From assembly GCA_963716725.1 (NCBI GenBank), contig CAVQUB010000005.1, forward strand, positions 640,001-704,000: a stretch of DNA of 64,000 nt, written 5' to 3'. Both the position numbers and the translations under genes were made by a program. Below, in pieces: positions 9,414-18,770 of this stretch. The DNA is from an uncultured delta proteobacterium. GTDB lineage: Bacteria; Myxococcota_A; Polyangia; Polyangiales; Polyangiaceae. The notes under the pieces were generated by a model that was not told where the DNA came from, made no database searches, and was given only the letters and a program-made list of their open reading frames with translations. The first letter of the stretch is position 1. Every line of letters begins with the position of its first letter.

Positions 9414-10664
9414 CTACGCGTCGCGCCGGACCAAGGTCGCGACGCTCATGGCTTCGTCCGTCGTCGCGCCCTTGTGCGTGCGCGAGTAGATGCCCGCGGC
9501 GCAGCCGGCCACCAGATAGACCCCGTAGTTGACCACGTCTCCGTTCTCGTTGGCGCGGGCTTCGAAGTATCGTTGAGCGACCCAGTGGCCGGGGCGAGCA
9601 TGCAGCAAGCACTTGTTCCAATCGTCGGCCGTGGACAGCTTGCCGATGATCACCTCTTCGCCTTCGGCGCCGTAGTCGCTCTTCAGCACCCACTCGTCCT
9701 TCTCGGCGACCAGGGCTGCTTCCGCCATCGTCTCCAGGCGGAAGGTCGCCGGAATGAACTGGCGAATGACGTTCTGCGCCGCGGGTCCAAAGCGGTGGAT
9801 GTGCTCCCACATCAAGGCCATGGCTCGCTTGTTCTGGGGCAGCACGGCGCCGAAGGGGTTCACGACGCAGAGCTTGCCGGCCAGGGAGGCGGCAATGGCG
9901 ATCCCCAGGGGTTCGCGCAGAGGCTCCGTGTCCGGGAGGTTCTCGTCGTCCCAGGCGGTTAGCCGCTCGCCCCACCAGTCCGTCTTGTAGTGGCGGAGCA
10001 TGACGCTGAAGGGCACGTCGAACAGGCACGCGCGTCCTTCGCTGTCGAGCGTCAGGTTGTAGGGCGACCCGAGCACCACCTCCCAGCCGCGATCCTCGAA
10101 CCAGCGTTTGAAGAGTCGGATCACGCCGAGGTCCTCGGTGAACTCCGTGGGGTACACGATGCCGGCGACGCGGGCGTGCTCCGCGCCCAGCGTGTAGCGC
10201 GCCAGGCCCTCGACCATCTCGCAATAGGTCGCCTCGAGGGTGGCGTTTGGATCATCGGTCTCGGGGTGGCTCGGGTGCACGACCCGGTTCAGGATGATCG
10301 CCTCGGCTTCGCCGGTTGGCGTGTCGCTGTTCAGCTCGGCGAAGGCGAAGCCCTCGTCGGTCGAGAATACGTCGGCGCGGGCGATGCCGTGCCACGTCGG
10401 TCGCGAGGACTCCCACATCGCCTTCTGGAATTCCGTGAGCTGAAAGAAGGTGTCGAGCAGAGCCGGGTCGTCCGCGCACATGCAGCAGACGTCGTTGTAG
10501 ACGCCGGCGACCTGCTCCGAGGCGCGGTACAGCGCGTCCCGCTCCCGCGGCGAGAGGATCAGCGGTCGCTCGGCGAGCCGCGGTTTGCCTCGGATCCACG
10601 GGTCAGTGACGATGCCTGACTCGACCACTTGGGCGGCAAAGTCGTCGTAGCTCGGTTCGCTCAT
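9414..10664 (-). CDS. Glutathionylspermidine synthetase-like ATP-grasp ligase (YgiC/YjfC-like; no amidase domain)
   Basis: ARADVF, ELNSDTPTG (ExN), NKRAMALMWE, WVLKSDYGAEGEEV, WVAQRY, GVYLVAG..AGIYSR. Start placed at MSEPSY (10664). Confidence 0.85.
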   Translation of the reverse strand: MSEPSYDDFAAQVVESGIVTDPWIRGKPRLAERPLILSPRERDALYRASEQVAGVYNDVCCMCADDPALLDTFFQLTEFQKAMWESSRPTWHGIARADVFSTDEGFAFAELNSDTPTGEAEAIILNRVVHPSHPETDDPNATLEATYCEMVEGLARYTLGAEHARVAGIVYPTEFTEDLGVIRLFKRWFEDRGWEVVLGSPYNLTLDSEGRACLFDVPFSVMLRHYKTDWWGERLTAWDDENLPDTEPLREPLGIAIAASLAGKLCVVNPFGAVLPQNKRAMALMWEHIHRFGPAAQNVIRQFIPATFRLETMAEAALVAEKDEWVLKSDYGAEGEEVIIGKLSTADDWNKCLLHARPGHWVAQRYFEARANENGDVVNYGVYLVAGCAAGIYSRTHKGATTDEAMSVATLVRRDA

Positions 10665-10737
10665 GCGGGAGGGCGCGAGCCTAGCGCAGTCGAAAGACTT
10701 TGAGCACGCTACGCTCTCGGGATAGCGTGGCCGCGCG

Positions 10738-11562
10738 GTGATACACGGCATCTGGGGCCACCCCTTCATCGATCTCGAGCCGCACTTGGATTTGTCCGAG
10801 CTCGAAGCCATCCACGCAGAGGTCTGCCTCGGGCTCGCGCAGGTGCCCGCTGCGTACACGGGCGGCAGCCACCGTTCGATGGGCATCATGCCGGCTTCGC
10901 GCGCCGAGGAAGGTCTCGGGGATTACGGCAGCGTGCTCAGCGAGCTCTCCGCCACCGAGCGCGCCGTCTTCGCGTCGCTCGCGGACGATCCGATCGGCGC
11001 CCGCGAAGAAGACACCCTCGACTTCGGCGAAGAGCGCCCTTGCACGCTCTCGCGTCGGCAACAGCTCTGGCTCGAGTACCGCCACGGCGTCTACTTTCCG
11101 TGGAAGGTCTATTACGAGATGATCCCGAATCACTATTGGGACGAGAAGAGCAGCGCGGCGGGCAAGGCCTTCACGCGTGAGGCGCGCACCTTCTTCCCCA
11201 AGACCGTCGCCTTCGTGAAGAGCCTGCCTTTCATCCAGATCGGGCGCTGCAACATCATGGGCCTCTGCGCCCACGACCATGGCACCGTTCACCTGGACGG
11301 CGATCCGCTGCAAAAGGCCGAGGTGGACCACTTCGTCAGCTTCTGCCCCGGAGGCAACAAGCGCTTGTTTCTCTGGGACGAGGAGCGCACACAGAAGGTC
11401 CAGGTCGAGCGGCGCGCGTTTTGGTTCAACGACAGCGACTACCACGGGGTAGAAGCCGCGCCGTTTTTCAGATATTCGATCCGAGTGGACGGGGTGTTTC
11501 AGCCGGAGTTCTTTGATCGACTCCGAGAGAGCCACCCCGCGCCGACCCGAGGAGCCTCGTGA
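10738..11562 (+). CDS. Uncharacterised putative Fe(II)/2OG-type (DSBH, AspH-like) oxygenase, paralog 2
   Basis: HLD...WFNDSDYHGV...RYSIRVDG; shares WLEYRxGVYFPWKV and FPKTVAFVKSLPF with 8586..9407. Confidence 0.6.
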   Translation: MIHGIWGHPFIDLEPHLDLSELEAIHAEVCLGLAQVPAAYTGGSHRSMGIMPASRAEEGLGDYGSVLSELSATERAVFASLADDPIGAREEDTLDFGEERPCTLSRRQQLWLEYRHGVYFPWKVYYEMIPNHYWDEKSSAAGKAFTREARTFFPKTVAFVKSLPFIQIGRCNIMGLCAHDHGTVHLDGDPLQKAEVDHFVSFCPGGNKRLFLWDEERTQKVQVERRAFWFNDSDYHGVEAAPFFRYSIRVDGVFQPEFFDRLRESHPAPTRGAS

Positions 11563-13007
11563 ATCCGAACGACCCGTCATTCAAAGAAGCGTATCGCGTC
11601 GAGAAACCGGGCATCGTCGGTGCCAAGTGGTGGCAAGAGGGCTTGGTTGAGCAGGCGGCGGTGGCCATGCCGCGCCGATCCGCCCTCGCTGGCATGATCG
11701 GGCTCGCGACCGCCGTTGGTGCCATCGCCCTGATTGGCAGCGCACTGGCCATCTGCGGCGCCGCCAGCGACGACGAGGTCGAATTCAAGACCATCGATCA
11801 AGCGTCGCTCCAGGCACAGCGCAACTACGGCTGGAACTTCGGCGCCGTCACCGAGAACCTGGTCTTCGATGGAGCGCAGAAGACGCCCTTCGATCGCGGC
11901 GCCCTCGCACGCTTGCGCAACGAGCTGATGCCGGTGAAGGGCGATCTGCGACCCTACTACTGGCCCACGCTCTTCGAAGCGCCAACCGCGATGCCGAAGA
12001 CGCCCATCGAGGGGGAGTCGCCCACCACGCCGCTCGCGAACGTGCTGACGCCGGTGTTCACCGCGGCGATGGACGTCGCCTACAAACGCGGTCGAGCTCT
12101 GGCCGCGCTCTTCGAGAAGGCCACGCCCGACACCGCGGTGCTGGTCGACTTGCCGGGGCCCGAGTCCGTGGCCATGGCCGCCGGCATGGCCGAGCGATTC
12201 GAGCCGGTGGCGACCTTCGACAACTGGCCGCATCCGCGCGGCGTCGTGCCCGCGCACCTGACCCTGGCCGCGGCGGCCTACTACCAGCCATTGTTCGCCA
12301 AAGCGCAGAAACGGCGCACGCTGACCGCGCTCCCACTGATGGTGCTCGATCGCAAACGCCTCAGCCCCTACGCCGACGAGACGCGCCAGTTCGACAACCG
12401 CTACGTCGCCAAACTGCCGCCGCCCGCGGGGTTCAAGCAGCTGGGTGTGAAGCGCCTGCTTTACGTGGTGCCCGGCGGCGCCGACGCGGCGGAGCTCGAC
12501 GATTTGAACCAGGACTTCGTGGAGTACGAGAAGGCCGGCATCGACGTGAAGATGGTCGCCGCATCGGACTTCAGCGCCGGCAACCCCAGCCTCCCGCCCG
12601 CCGACAAACAGGCGCTCGAGCAGGCCGGGGACTGGCCGCCCTACTACTATGGCGGCGACACCGGATCGTCGGACGGCTTCTGGTCGGATTACGGCTGGGA
12701 CGCTGGCACGACCGCGCGAAGCCCGAAGCTCGGGACCAGCCGCCGTTCGTCGTCGCACCGGAGTTGGTCGCCCGCAGCGAGGGCCACGGCCTTCGGATCG
12801 AGCACCTCGGGCACGAGCGCGAGCGCCGACGGCACGGGGTCGATGAGCAAGACCGCCAAGGTCGCCGTCGGAACCGTCGGCGTGGCAGTCGCAGCGGGCA
12901 CGGGGATCGTGCTCGGCACGCGCTACGGCACCGGCCGCAGCAGCGGTGTGCGCACGGGCGGACGCAGCGGCTCCTTTGGTCGCTCGAGCGGATCGGGGTG
13001 GGGCTGA
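11559..13007 (+). CDS. Hypothetical membrane-anchored/exported protein with Gly/Ser/Arg-rich C-terminal tail
   Basis: Overlaps both neighbours; PRRSAL + hydrophobic stretch + Cys near the N-terminus; tail ...SSGVRTGGRSGSFGRSSGSGWG. Confidence 0.75.
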   Translation: MNPNDPSFKEAYRVEKPGIVGAKWWQEGLVEQAAVAMPRRSALAGMIGLATAVGAIALIGSALAICGAASDDEVEFKTIDQASLQAQRNYGWNFGAVTENLVFDGAQKTPFDRGALARLRNELMPVKGDLRPYYWPTLFEAPTAMPKTPIEGESPTTPLANVLTPVFTAAMDVAYKRGRALAALFEKATPDTAVLVDLPGPESVAMAAGMAERFEPVATFDNWPHPRGVVPAHLTLAAAAYYQPLFAKAQKRRTLTALPLMVLDRKRLSPYADETRQFDNRYVAKLPPPAGFKQLGVKRLLYVVPGGADAAELDDLNQDFVEYEKAGIDVKMVAASDFSAGNPSLPPADKQALEQAGDWPPYYYGGDTGSSDGFWSDYGWDAGTTARSPKLGTSRRSSSHRSWSPAARATAFGSSTSGTSASADGTGSMSKTAKVAVGTVGVAVAAGTGIVLGTRYGTGRSSGVRTGGRSGSFGRSSGSGWG

Positions 13008-13564
13008 TGAGCAACTCGCTCTTCGCGGTGGAGATTGCCGCGCACACTCACCCGAACGATCCTTTTCGTCAGGCGCTGCACCACCTGATCCGCTCGCAGC
13101 CCTCGATGCAGTCGCCGATCCAGAAGCGGCAGCTCTACTACCAAGCGGTGCAGCACATCGGCGCGAACTTTGCTGCCGTCGAGCGAGGCTGTTGGGACTA
13201 CTGGCCCGACCACGACAAGGCCGTTGCCGACTTCGAAATGTGGACGCAAGGCATGGTCACCGAAGAGGGAGCGCGCCCTGGACCCGCCTACGACGGTCCG
13301 CCGCGATACCTGACCTTCACCATGGCGTTCTTGATGGTGCACGGCTCGCCGACCGATCAGGCGATTGCCCAGCGCTGCAACATCCAGCAAGAGAGCCTCT
13401 GGCGTCGCGACGTGTTCGGCTACATCGTGCAGGCGGCGGCCTCCATCGACTTTGGGGACGTGCAAGGCGACGTCGTCTATCTGATCCCCGGCGACGACGG
13501 CTTCGCGCTCACTCCGCAGGACTTGGCCCAGCCCAAATTCGAATATCTGAGGCCCATCGCCTGA
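13007..13564 (+). CDS. Hypothetical protein, DUF1517-like core
   Basis: TGATG coupling to the upstream gene. The pattern RYLTFTMAF...DVVYLIPGDDGFALTPQDL...YLRPI resembles the DUF1517 C-terminus as I recall it (unverified). Confidence 0.55.
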   Translation: MSNSLFAVEIAAHTHPNDPFRQALHHLIRSQPSMQSPIQKRQLYYQAVQHIGANFAAVERGCWDYWPDHDKAVADFEMWTQGMVTEEGARPGPAYDGPPRYLTFTMAFLMVHGSPTDQAIAQRCNIQQESLWRRDVFGYIVQAAASIDFGDVQGDVVYLIPGDDGFALTPQDLAQPKFEYLRPIA

Positions 13565-13572
13565 GCCGCGGC

Positions 13573-14328
13573 TCAGAACCAGACCTCCCACAGCCCCGGC
13601 TCGACCTCGGCGGCGTGGGCCGTGACGCTGATGCGATCGCGTCGGCCGCCGAAGGGCTGGATCTGGTGCAGCCGGTAGCTGTCGAATACACACAGCTCTC
13701 CCACGCGGTACTCGACCACCTCGCAGGGGTGGTCCAGCTCCTCGTCGGTGGCCTCGTCGGCGCCGGAGTAGTGCACGTCCCAGAGCGCGATGCCCCCGCC
13801 ACGCTGGGGAGCCTGCAACATCAACAACAGCGACAGCGCCGGCCTCCGCTCCCGCGCCTGCTCCTCGCTCAGCCCTTCGGTGTCGAAGTGCACGATCCCG
13901 CCGCGGTGCGCGACCACGTCGCCGCTCGGAAAGACGTGCACGCCGGGCCCGCACCAATCGGCTCGCTGCACGGCGCGACCCCCGCCCAGGGCCTGGACCG
14001 CGCCGATCATGCGCTGCTGCACGCCGGGCAGCGTCGCCTCGACCAGCGCGTTCGAAGCCGCGGCTTCGGCGAAGTACTCGTCTGAGCGGTCTTCCTCGAG
14101 GTGCGTGTACCAGGCGCGCCCGAGCGAGTGTTGCTCGCCCTCGAAGGCCGCGGTCCAGCGCTCGCGGGCCGCGTACACCGCGCGCGTCCACCCGTGGCAC
14201 TCGTGCCACGACGCGAAGCCCGGGACTCGGATCGCTGAGTGACGCGACACGTCCGCGATCAACCGATCGCGATCCCCGGGCTCGGCCGGCGGCCAGCTGA
14301 GCACCCGTGGCTCGTCGCTCGAGGTCAT
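13573..14328 (-). CDS. 2OG-Fe(II) oxygenase superfamily protein
   Basis: VHFD, LSLLLMLQAPQRGGGI, GELCVFDSYRLHQI, RISVTAH (HxD...H...RxS). Start MTSSDEP at 14328. Confidence 0.8.
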   Translation of the reverse strand: MTSSDEPRVLSWPPAEPGDRDRLIADVSRHSAIRVPGFASWHECHGWTRAVYAARERWTAAFEGEQHSLGRAWYTHLEEDRSDEYFAEAAASNALVEATLPGVQQRMIGAVQALGGGRAVQRADWCGPGVHVFPSGDVVAHRGGIVHFDTEGLSEEQARERRPALSLLLMLQAPQRGGGIALWDVHYSGADEATDEELDHPCEVVEYRVGELCVFDSYRLHQIQPFGGRRDRISVTAHAAEVEPGLWEVWF

Positions 14329-14372
14329 GTCCGCGCGACGGTGTCCAGCCGGCGGCGCGACGTCAAGGTGGG

Positions 14373-14873
14373 TCACGGAATCAGCATCGGGCACACCGGG
14401 CTGCAGTTGGTCTGAAGGCACGTCGACACGCCTAAAAAGATCTGCGTGGAGGCCAGGCAGGCCGGGCACTGGCCCGGCACGCAGCCGAAAGCGCTCTGCC
14501 CGAGGCAACTCTCGAGGTAGCAGCGCAGCTGCTGCGCGCAGCTCTGGTCCGCGAGGCAGGTGTTCGTCTGAGAGCAGCAGTTGTCTCGTCCGCACTGATC
14601 GCAGGTCGCGTTGCCGGTGGTGATGAGCGGGCTCTGACAGGTCTGCTGGAAGAGCTCGCTCGTGCATTTGTTCGCGGGCGCGTCTGGACCGGAGTCCACG
14701 CTGCCGCCGGTGCCGGCCTCCGCGTCCGAGCCGCCGGAGCCGCCGCTGCCGGAGGAGTCTGCTCCCGCGTCGCTGCCTCCGGTCTCGCCGTCGGCGGAGA
14801 ACTCGCTGCCGCCGCAGCCGACCACGAGCGCGATCACGCACCCGAGCCCGAGCATTCGAGACAAACCGCCCAT
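14373..14873 (-). CDS. Cys-rich lipoprotein with Gly/Ser linker
   Basis: Lipobox VVGC, Gly/Ser linker, C-terminal domain with CxxC/CC pattern. Confidence 0.7.
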   Translation of the reverse strand: MGGLSRMLGLGCVIALVVGCGGSEFSADGETGGSDAGADSSGSGGSGGSDAEAGTGGSVDSGPDAPANKCTSELFQQTCQSPLITTGNATCDQCGRDNCCSQTNTCLADQSCAQQLRCYLESCLGQSAFGCVPGQCPACLASTQIFLGVSTCLQTNCSPVCPMLIP

Positions 14874-15021
14874 CACCGGTGATTGTTCTCCGAAGCGCCT
14901 CCCGCGGCAAGACAAGAGTCGGCGAAGCTTCAGCAGTCGGCGCAACGGCTCGTGACTGAGCGTTCGTGGGCACCCCTGAGACGCGCTTGTCGCCCTAGCG
15001 GCCTCGTGGCATGTGCGACGC

Positions 15022-16458
15022 ATGAAGCGTGCGGTCGTCTTGGCGCTTGGTGGATGGCTGCTCTTGGGCAGCGGCTGTGGTTCCGACGACGGGGACGGCA
15101 AGCCCGCTGGCGCATCGACCATCGGCGCACCCGGTGTTTGGTTCGACGGCTTGGCGCTGTATCAGGGACCGAAGCGAACGCTGATGGTGGGCGGCACGCC
15201 AGGGCAGGGAGTGCCCATCGTCGCCGGACGCGACGCGTTGTTCCGGGTCTTTCACGCCATGGGGCCGGAGTACGACGGGCAGCCGGTCACGGCGAAGCTG
15301 GATCTGCTCGACGGGCAGCCAGCCCTCGAGGTCGTTGCGCCGCTCGCACCGAACTACAGCGAAGGCGATCTGCAAAGCACCCTCAACTTCCAAATCCCGG
15401 GCGGCCGCATCGGCGACGAGTTTGGCTACGAGCTGACGCTCTCGCAGCCTGCCGGCGGGCGCGCTGACAATCCGAACGCACGCTTCGGGCAGAAGGTCGC
15501 GGTGGCGGGGAAGCAGAACACGCTGCGCGTCATGCTCGTGCCCTTTGCGTACCAAGCGGACGGCTCCGGCCGCTTGCCAGACACCTCGCCGGAGGAGGTG
15601 GAGCGTTATCGCAAGCGCTTGCTCGCGCTCTATCCGGTGTCGAACGTCGAGGTCTCGGTGCACGATCCGGTGCCTTGGACCACCGCCATCGGCTCAAAGG
15701 GCGAAGGTTGGCAATCGGTCGGGATCAAGCTCTACGGCCTCCGGAACGCCGAGGGCATCCCGCCGGACGTCTACCTGTACGCGGTGTTCATGCCGACCGC
15801 GACCCTGGGTCAGTTCTGCAATCCAAGCTGCCAGCTCGGCGTGACGCTGCTCAACAATGACCCGCCGGACGTTGGCAACGTGTCGTTGCGCTTGGCGCTC
15901 GGCGTGGGCTATCCGGAGGTGGCTCAGGACACGGCCGCTCACGAGCTGGGCCACGCCCACGGGCGCGGCCACGCAAACTGTGGCTTCGGCCTCGATCCGT
16001 CGAGCATCGATCAGAGCTTCCCGCACCCGAAGGGGTCCATCGGCGACTGGGCCTACGACATCACCAGTGGTCAGATGCACGACCCCGCGGTGGCGACCGA
16101 CATCATGAGCTACTGCAAGAACCAGTTCATCTCGGGCTACAACTACGAGAAGCTGTCGGCGCGCGGACAGAACGTGAACCTGGCCAGCGTCATCGCGACG
16201 CCCCAGCCCTACTGGCTGATCGCCGAGGACGGCCTCGGCGAGGCCGAGTGGCAGCAGATTGAGCTCTCCGGCTTGCCGAGCGGTCGGCAGGTGGAGGTGA
16301 CGGCTCGGACTGGCGAACGCGGGTCCTTCAGCACCCAGGGCTGGTACACGCCCTACGATCATTTGAACGGAGGCTGGCTGCTCGTTCCCGCCAGCGTCGG
16401 TGACCTGAAGAGCGTCGAGCACCGCGCTCGGGGCGCGCTCGCGGTCATCGACCGCTAG
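15022..16458 (+). CDS. Lipoprotein zinc metallopeptidase (metzincin, M66-like)
   Basis: Lipobox GSGC; HELGHAHGRGH (HExxHxxGxxH); Met-turn DIMSYC. Confidence 0.85.
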   Translation: MKRAVVLALGGWLLLGSGCGSDDGDGKPAGASTIGAPGVWFDGLALYQGPKRTLMVGGTPGQGVPIVAGRDALFRVFHAMGPEYDGQPVTAKLDLLDGQPALEVVAPLAPNYSEGDLQSTLNFQIPGGRIGDEFGYELTLSQPAGGRADNPNARFGQKVAVAGKQNTLRVMLVPFAYQADGSGRLPDTSPEEVERYRKRLLALYPVSNVEVSVHDPVPWTTAIGSKGEGWQSVGIKLYGLRNAEGIPPDVYLYAVFMPTATLGQFCNPSCQLGVTLLNNDPPDVGNVSLRLALGVGYPEVAQDTAAHELGHAHGRGHANCGFGLDPSSIDQSFPHPKGSIGDWAYDITSGQMHDPAVATDIMSYCKNQFISGYNYEKLSARGQNVNLASVIATPQPYWLIAEDGLGEAEWQQIELSGLPSGRQVEVTARTGERGSFSTQGWYTPYDHLNGGWLLVPASVGDLKSVEHRARGALAVIDR

Positions 16459-16482
16459 GCCGAGAGCCCCCGCGCTGGGGCA

Positions 16483-17784
16483 TCAATCGCGAGGCTGCGG
16501 CTCGATCCGCGTCTCGAGCTGGCGGGCGAGTCGATGAAAGTCGCTGCTGGCCCGCAGGTAGCGCACCCCAGCGATCAGGGACTCGGGATCGACCAGCTCT
16601 CGGAACGGGACGAACTGAAGGTCGAGCTGACCGCTCACGCTGACCATGTGCCCGTCGAGCCCTTCGTCCACCAAACCGCGGTAGGCGCCCAGGCCCAGCT
16701 GACTGCCCAGCATCACGTCGAAGGCGTGGGGCGCCGCGCAGCGAGAGGCGTAACCGAGCTGAACTCCCGTGAGCCGCTTGTCGCGGCCGGTGCGTTCGCG
16801 GAAGCGCTTGGCCGCGAGCTCGGCCACGAGCTTGCCGATGTCCACCTTGCCCAGCGAGACGTGCCCGTGCTCGTCCCGCGGCACGCCCCTCAGAAAAGAC
16901 TGAGGCAGGATCTCGGCCAGGCCCTCGGCCAAGACGATGGTCCCGTAGTGTTTGCCGCGCTTCGCACGGGTCAAGATCAGGTCCACAATGCGGTCGCAGA
17001 GCGCATCGAGGGAGAGCCGCGTCTCTCTTCGTGTGGTGCCCGAGGCATCGGTCACTTCTTCTTCGACCCCGAGCGGTCCCTCGACGTCTTCCACGCCCAC
17101 GACCATGTGGGCCTCGCCGGCGATGGCGACCCCGTAGGCGAGCCAACCCGTCTTGCGGCCCATGGTCTCGATCACGAAGTAGCTCTTGGTCGCCATGGCA
17201 TCGGCGCGGAGGTTGAGCAGCTCTTTGCCCATGAAGTCCACCGCGGTGAAGAAACCGAAGGTAAAATCGATCCCGCGGTAATCGTTGTCGATGGTCTTGG
17301 GCACGTGCACGATGTGAACGCGCTTTTCGCCTTCCGGCAGCTGGTGCTGGTACTCGAAGAGCAGGTTCGCGGTCTTGAGCGTGTCGTCGCCGCCAATGGA
17401 CACCAAGGCATCGACGCCCAGGGACCTGAGCCCGCGGTGCACGCGCGACAGCGGCGCGGTCTTGACCGGATCGGCGAGATCCGCTCGCGAACGCACTGCC
17501 TTGCCGGGGTTCGCGCGGGAAGTGCCGACCAGGATGCCGCGGGCGTTTCTGAGCCCGCGCAGGTGGTGGTCCTGGAATACGAAGTAGTCCGTGCCCTCCA
17601 CCAGCGGGCGCTGCTCGGCGTCGTAGTCCTGCAGTCCCGAGTAGCCGTTCATGAAGCCCACGACTTCGCGGCCGTTGCGGCGAAAGGCCATGGTGGCCGC
17701 GGCGATGACGGAGTTGGCCCCGGGCGCCGGTCCCCCCGCAAATACGATGCCGACCCGTCGAATTGAAGACTCTGCGAGCGTCAT
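16483..17784 (-). CDS. pfp: 6-phosphofructokinase, probably PPi-dependent
   Basis: GGPAPGAN, GTSRANP, IGGDDT, PKTIDND, ETMGR. The GGDD Asp and PKTID Lys are PPi-type signatures. Confidence 0.9.
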   Translation of the reverse strand: MTLAESSIRRVGIVFAGGPAPGANSVIAAATMAFRRNGREVVGFMNGYSGLQDYDAEQRPLVEGTDYFVFQDHHLRGLRNARGILVGTSRANPGKAVRSRADLADPVKTAPLSRVHRGLRSLGVDALVSIGGDDTLKTANLLFEYQHQLPEGEKRVHIVHVPKTIDNDYRGIDFTFGFFTAVDFMGKELLNLRADAMATKSYFVIETMGRKTGWLAYGVAIAGEAHMVVGVEDVEGPLGVEEEVTDASGTTRRETRLSLDALCDRIVDLILTRAKRGKHYGTIVLAEGLAEILPQSFLRGVPRDEHGHVSLGKVDIGKLVAELAAKRFRERTGRDKRLTGVQLGYASRCAAPHAFDVMLGSQLGLGAYRGLVDEGLDGHMVSVSGQLDLQFVPFRELVDPESLIAGVRYLRASSDFHRLARQLETRIEPQPRD

Positions 17785-17809
17785 CGAAGATGCTCCGTCG
17801 GGTACTCAG

Positions 17810-18706
17810 TCACTTGCTCGTGCTGCCGGAGCAGATTTGGGACGAGACCATGCCGGAGGACCCGCACTTGGCCGCTTCGCATTTACCGGACGCGCACTCC
17901 TCCCACTCCTCGCAAGCGGCTCCGTCGAGCTTCGTGGTGGCGCACTTGCCCGCGGTGCAATAGGCGCCCTCGGCGCATTCATTGCTGATCTCGCAGGCGC
18001 CGCCGACTGCGACTCGGCTCACGCACTTCTCACTTGGATACTGGCAGTAGGCCGTTGCCACGCAGCCGCCCTCCGTGCACGCCTCGCCAATCGGGGCGAG
18101 AGGGGCACACTTGCCCTCGGAGCCGCAGACGAAGCCATCGTTGGTGTAGCACAGCGCGTTGCCGCCGCTCGCGCCTCCGCTGCCACCGCTGCACGAGGTC
18201 GAGCTGCCCGCCTCCGTGCACGTCCCGGAGCAGCCATCGCCCAGTTTGCCTCGCGGAGTTTGCACGCAGACGCCGTCGTTGCAGTACGCGTCGCCCCCCG
18301 GTGGCCCAATGCACTCGGCGCTCGCAGCACACTTGCCGCCATCGGGGACCGTGCCGGTGGCCACGCTCTCGCAGGGGCCCGGGGCGGGATCGTCGTCACA
18401 GTTCTTCATGGCGCCTGCGGCGTAGGCGATGCAATTGCCGCCCTTCTGTGCGTCGTACAGCACGTTGCCGGCGACCATGTTCTGGTACAAGCCTTCCAGC
18501 GACGCAGTGCACTTGACGGCGTCGTGCGTGTACCCCGCCTGCTGGCAGCACGGTCCGATGTTCGTGCAGACAGCCTTTGCCAGCTCGCCGGCGAATTTCT
18601 CCTTGGCGACGGGCGCCGCGTTCGTGCCTCCGCCCTCCGTGGACGATCCGCCACAGCCCGCAAACGCCGTGAACCCAAGCAATGCCAGCCCGATGAAGCG
18701 CTTCAT
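17810..18706 (-). CDS. Cys-rich lipoprotein
   Basis: Lipobox FAGC; repeated G-x-x-C...C...C...C modules. Confidence 0.75.
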   Translation of the reverse strand: MKRFIGLALLGFTAFAGCGGSSTEGGGTNAAPVAKEKFAGELAKAVCTNIGPCCQQAGYTHDAVKCTASLEGLYQNMVAGNVLYDAQKGGNCIAYAAGAMKNCDDDPAPGPCESVATGTVPDGGKCAASAECIGPPGGDAYCNDGVCVQTPRGKLGDGCSGTCTEAGSSTSCSGGSGGASGGNALCYTNDGFVCGSEGKCAPLAPIGEACTEGGCVATAYCQYPSEKCVSRVAVGGACEISNECAEGAYCTAGKCATTKLDGAACEEWEECASGKCEAAKCGSSGMVSSQICSGSTSK

Positions 18707-18770
18707 GGGGCCTGCCTACCATGGGCATCCTCGACCTTCCAGGCGGGGTCCGAGTAGACTCGCTTTCAGC

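Noticed and set aside
9414..10664. Calling this a true glutathionylspermidine synthetase (gsp)
   Set aside because: It lacks the amidase domain; stand-alone homologues YgiC/YjfC do not make Gsp, so the substrate is unknown.
13573..14973. 466-aa version of the 2OG oxygenase
   Set aside because: The upstream part is an off-frame read-through of the lipoprotein at 14373..14873; the likely start is 14328.
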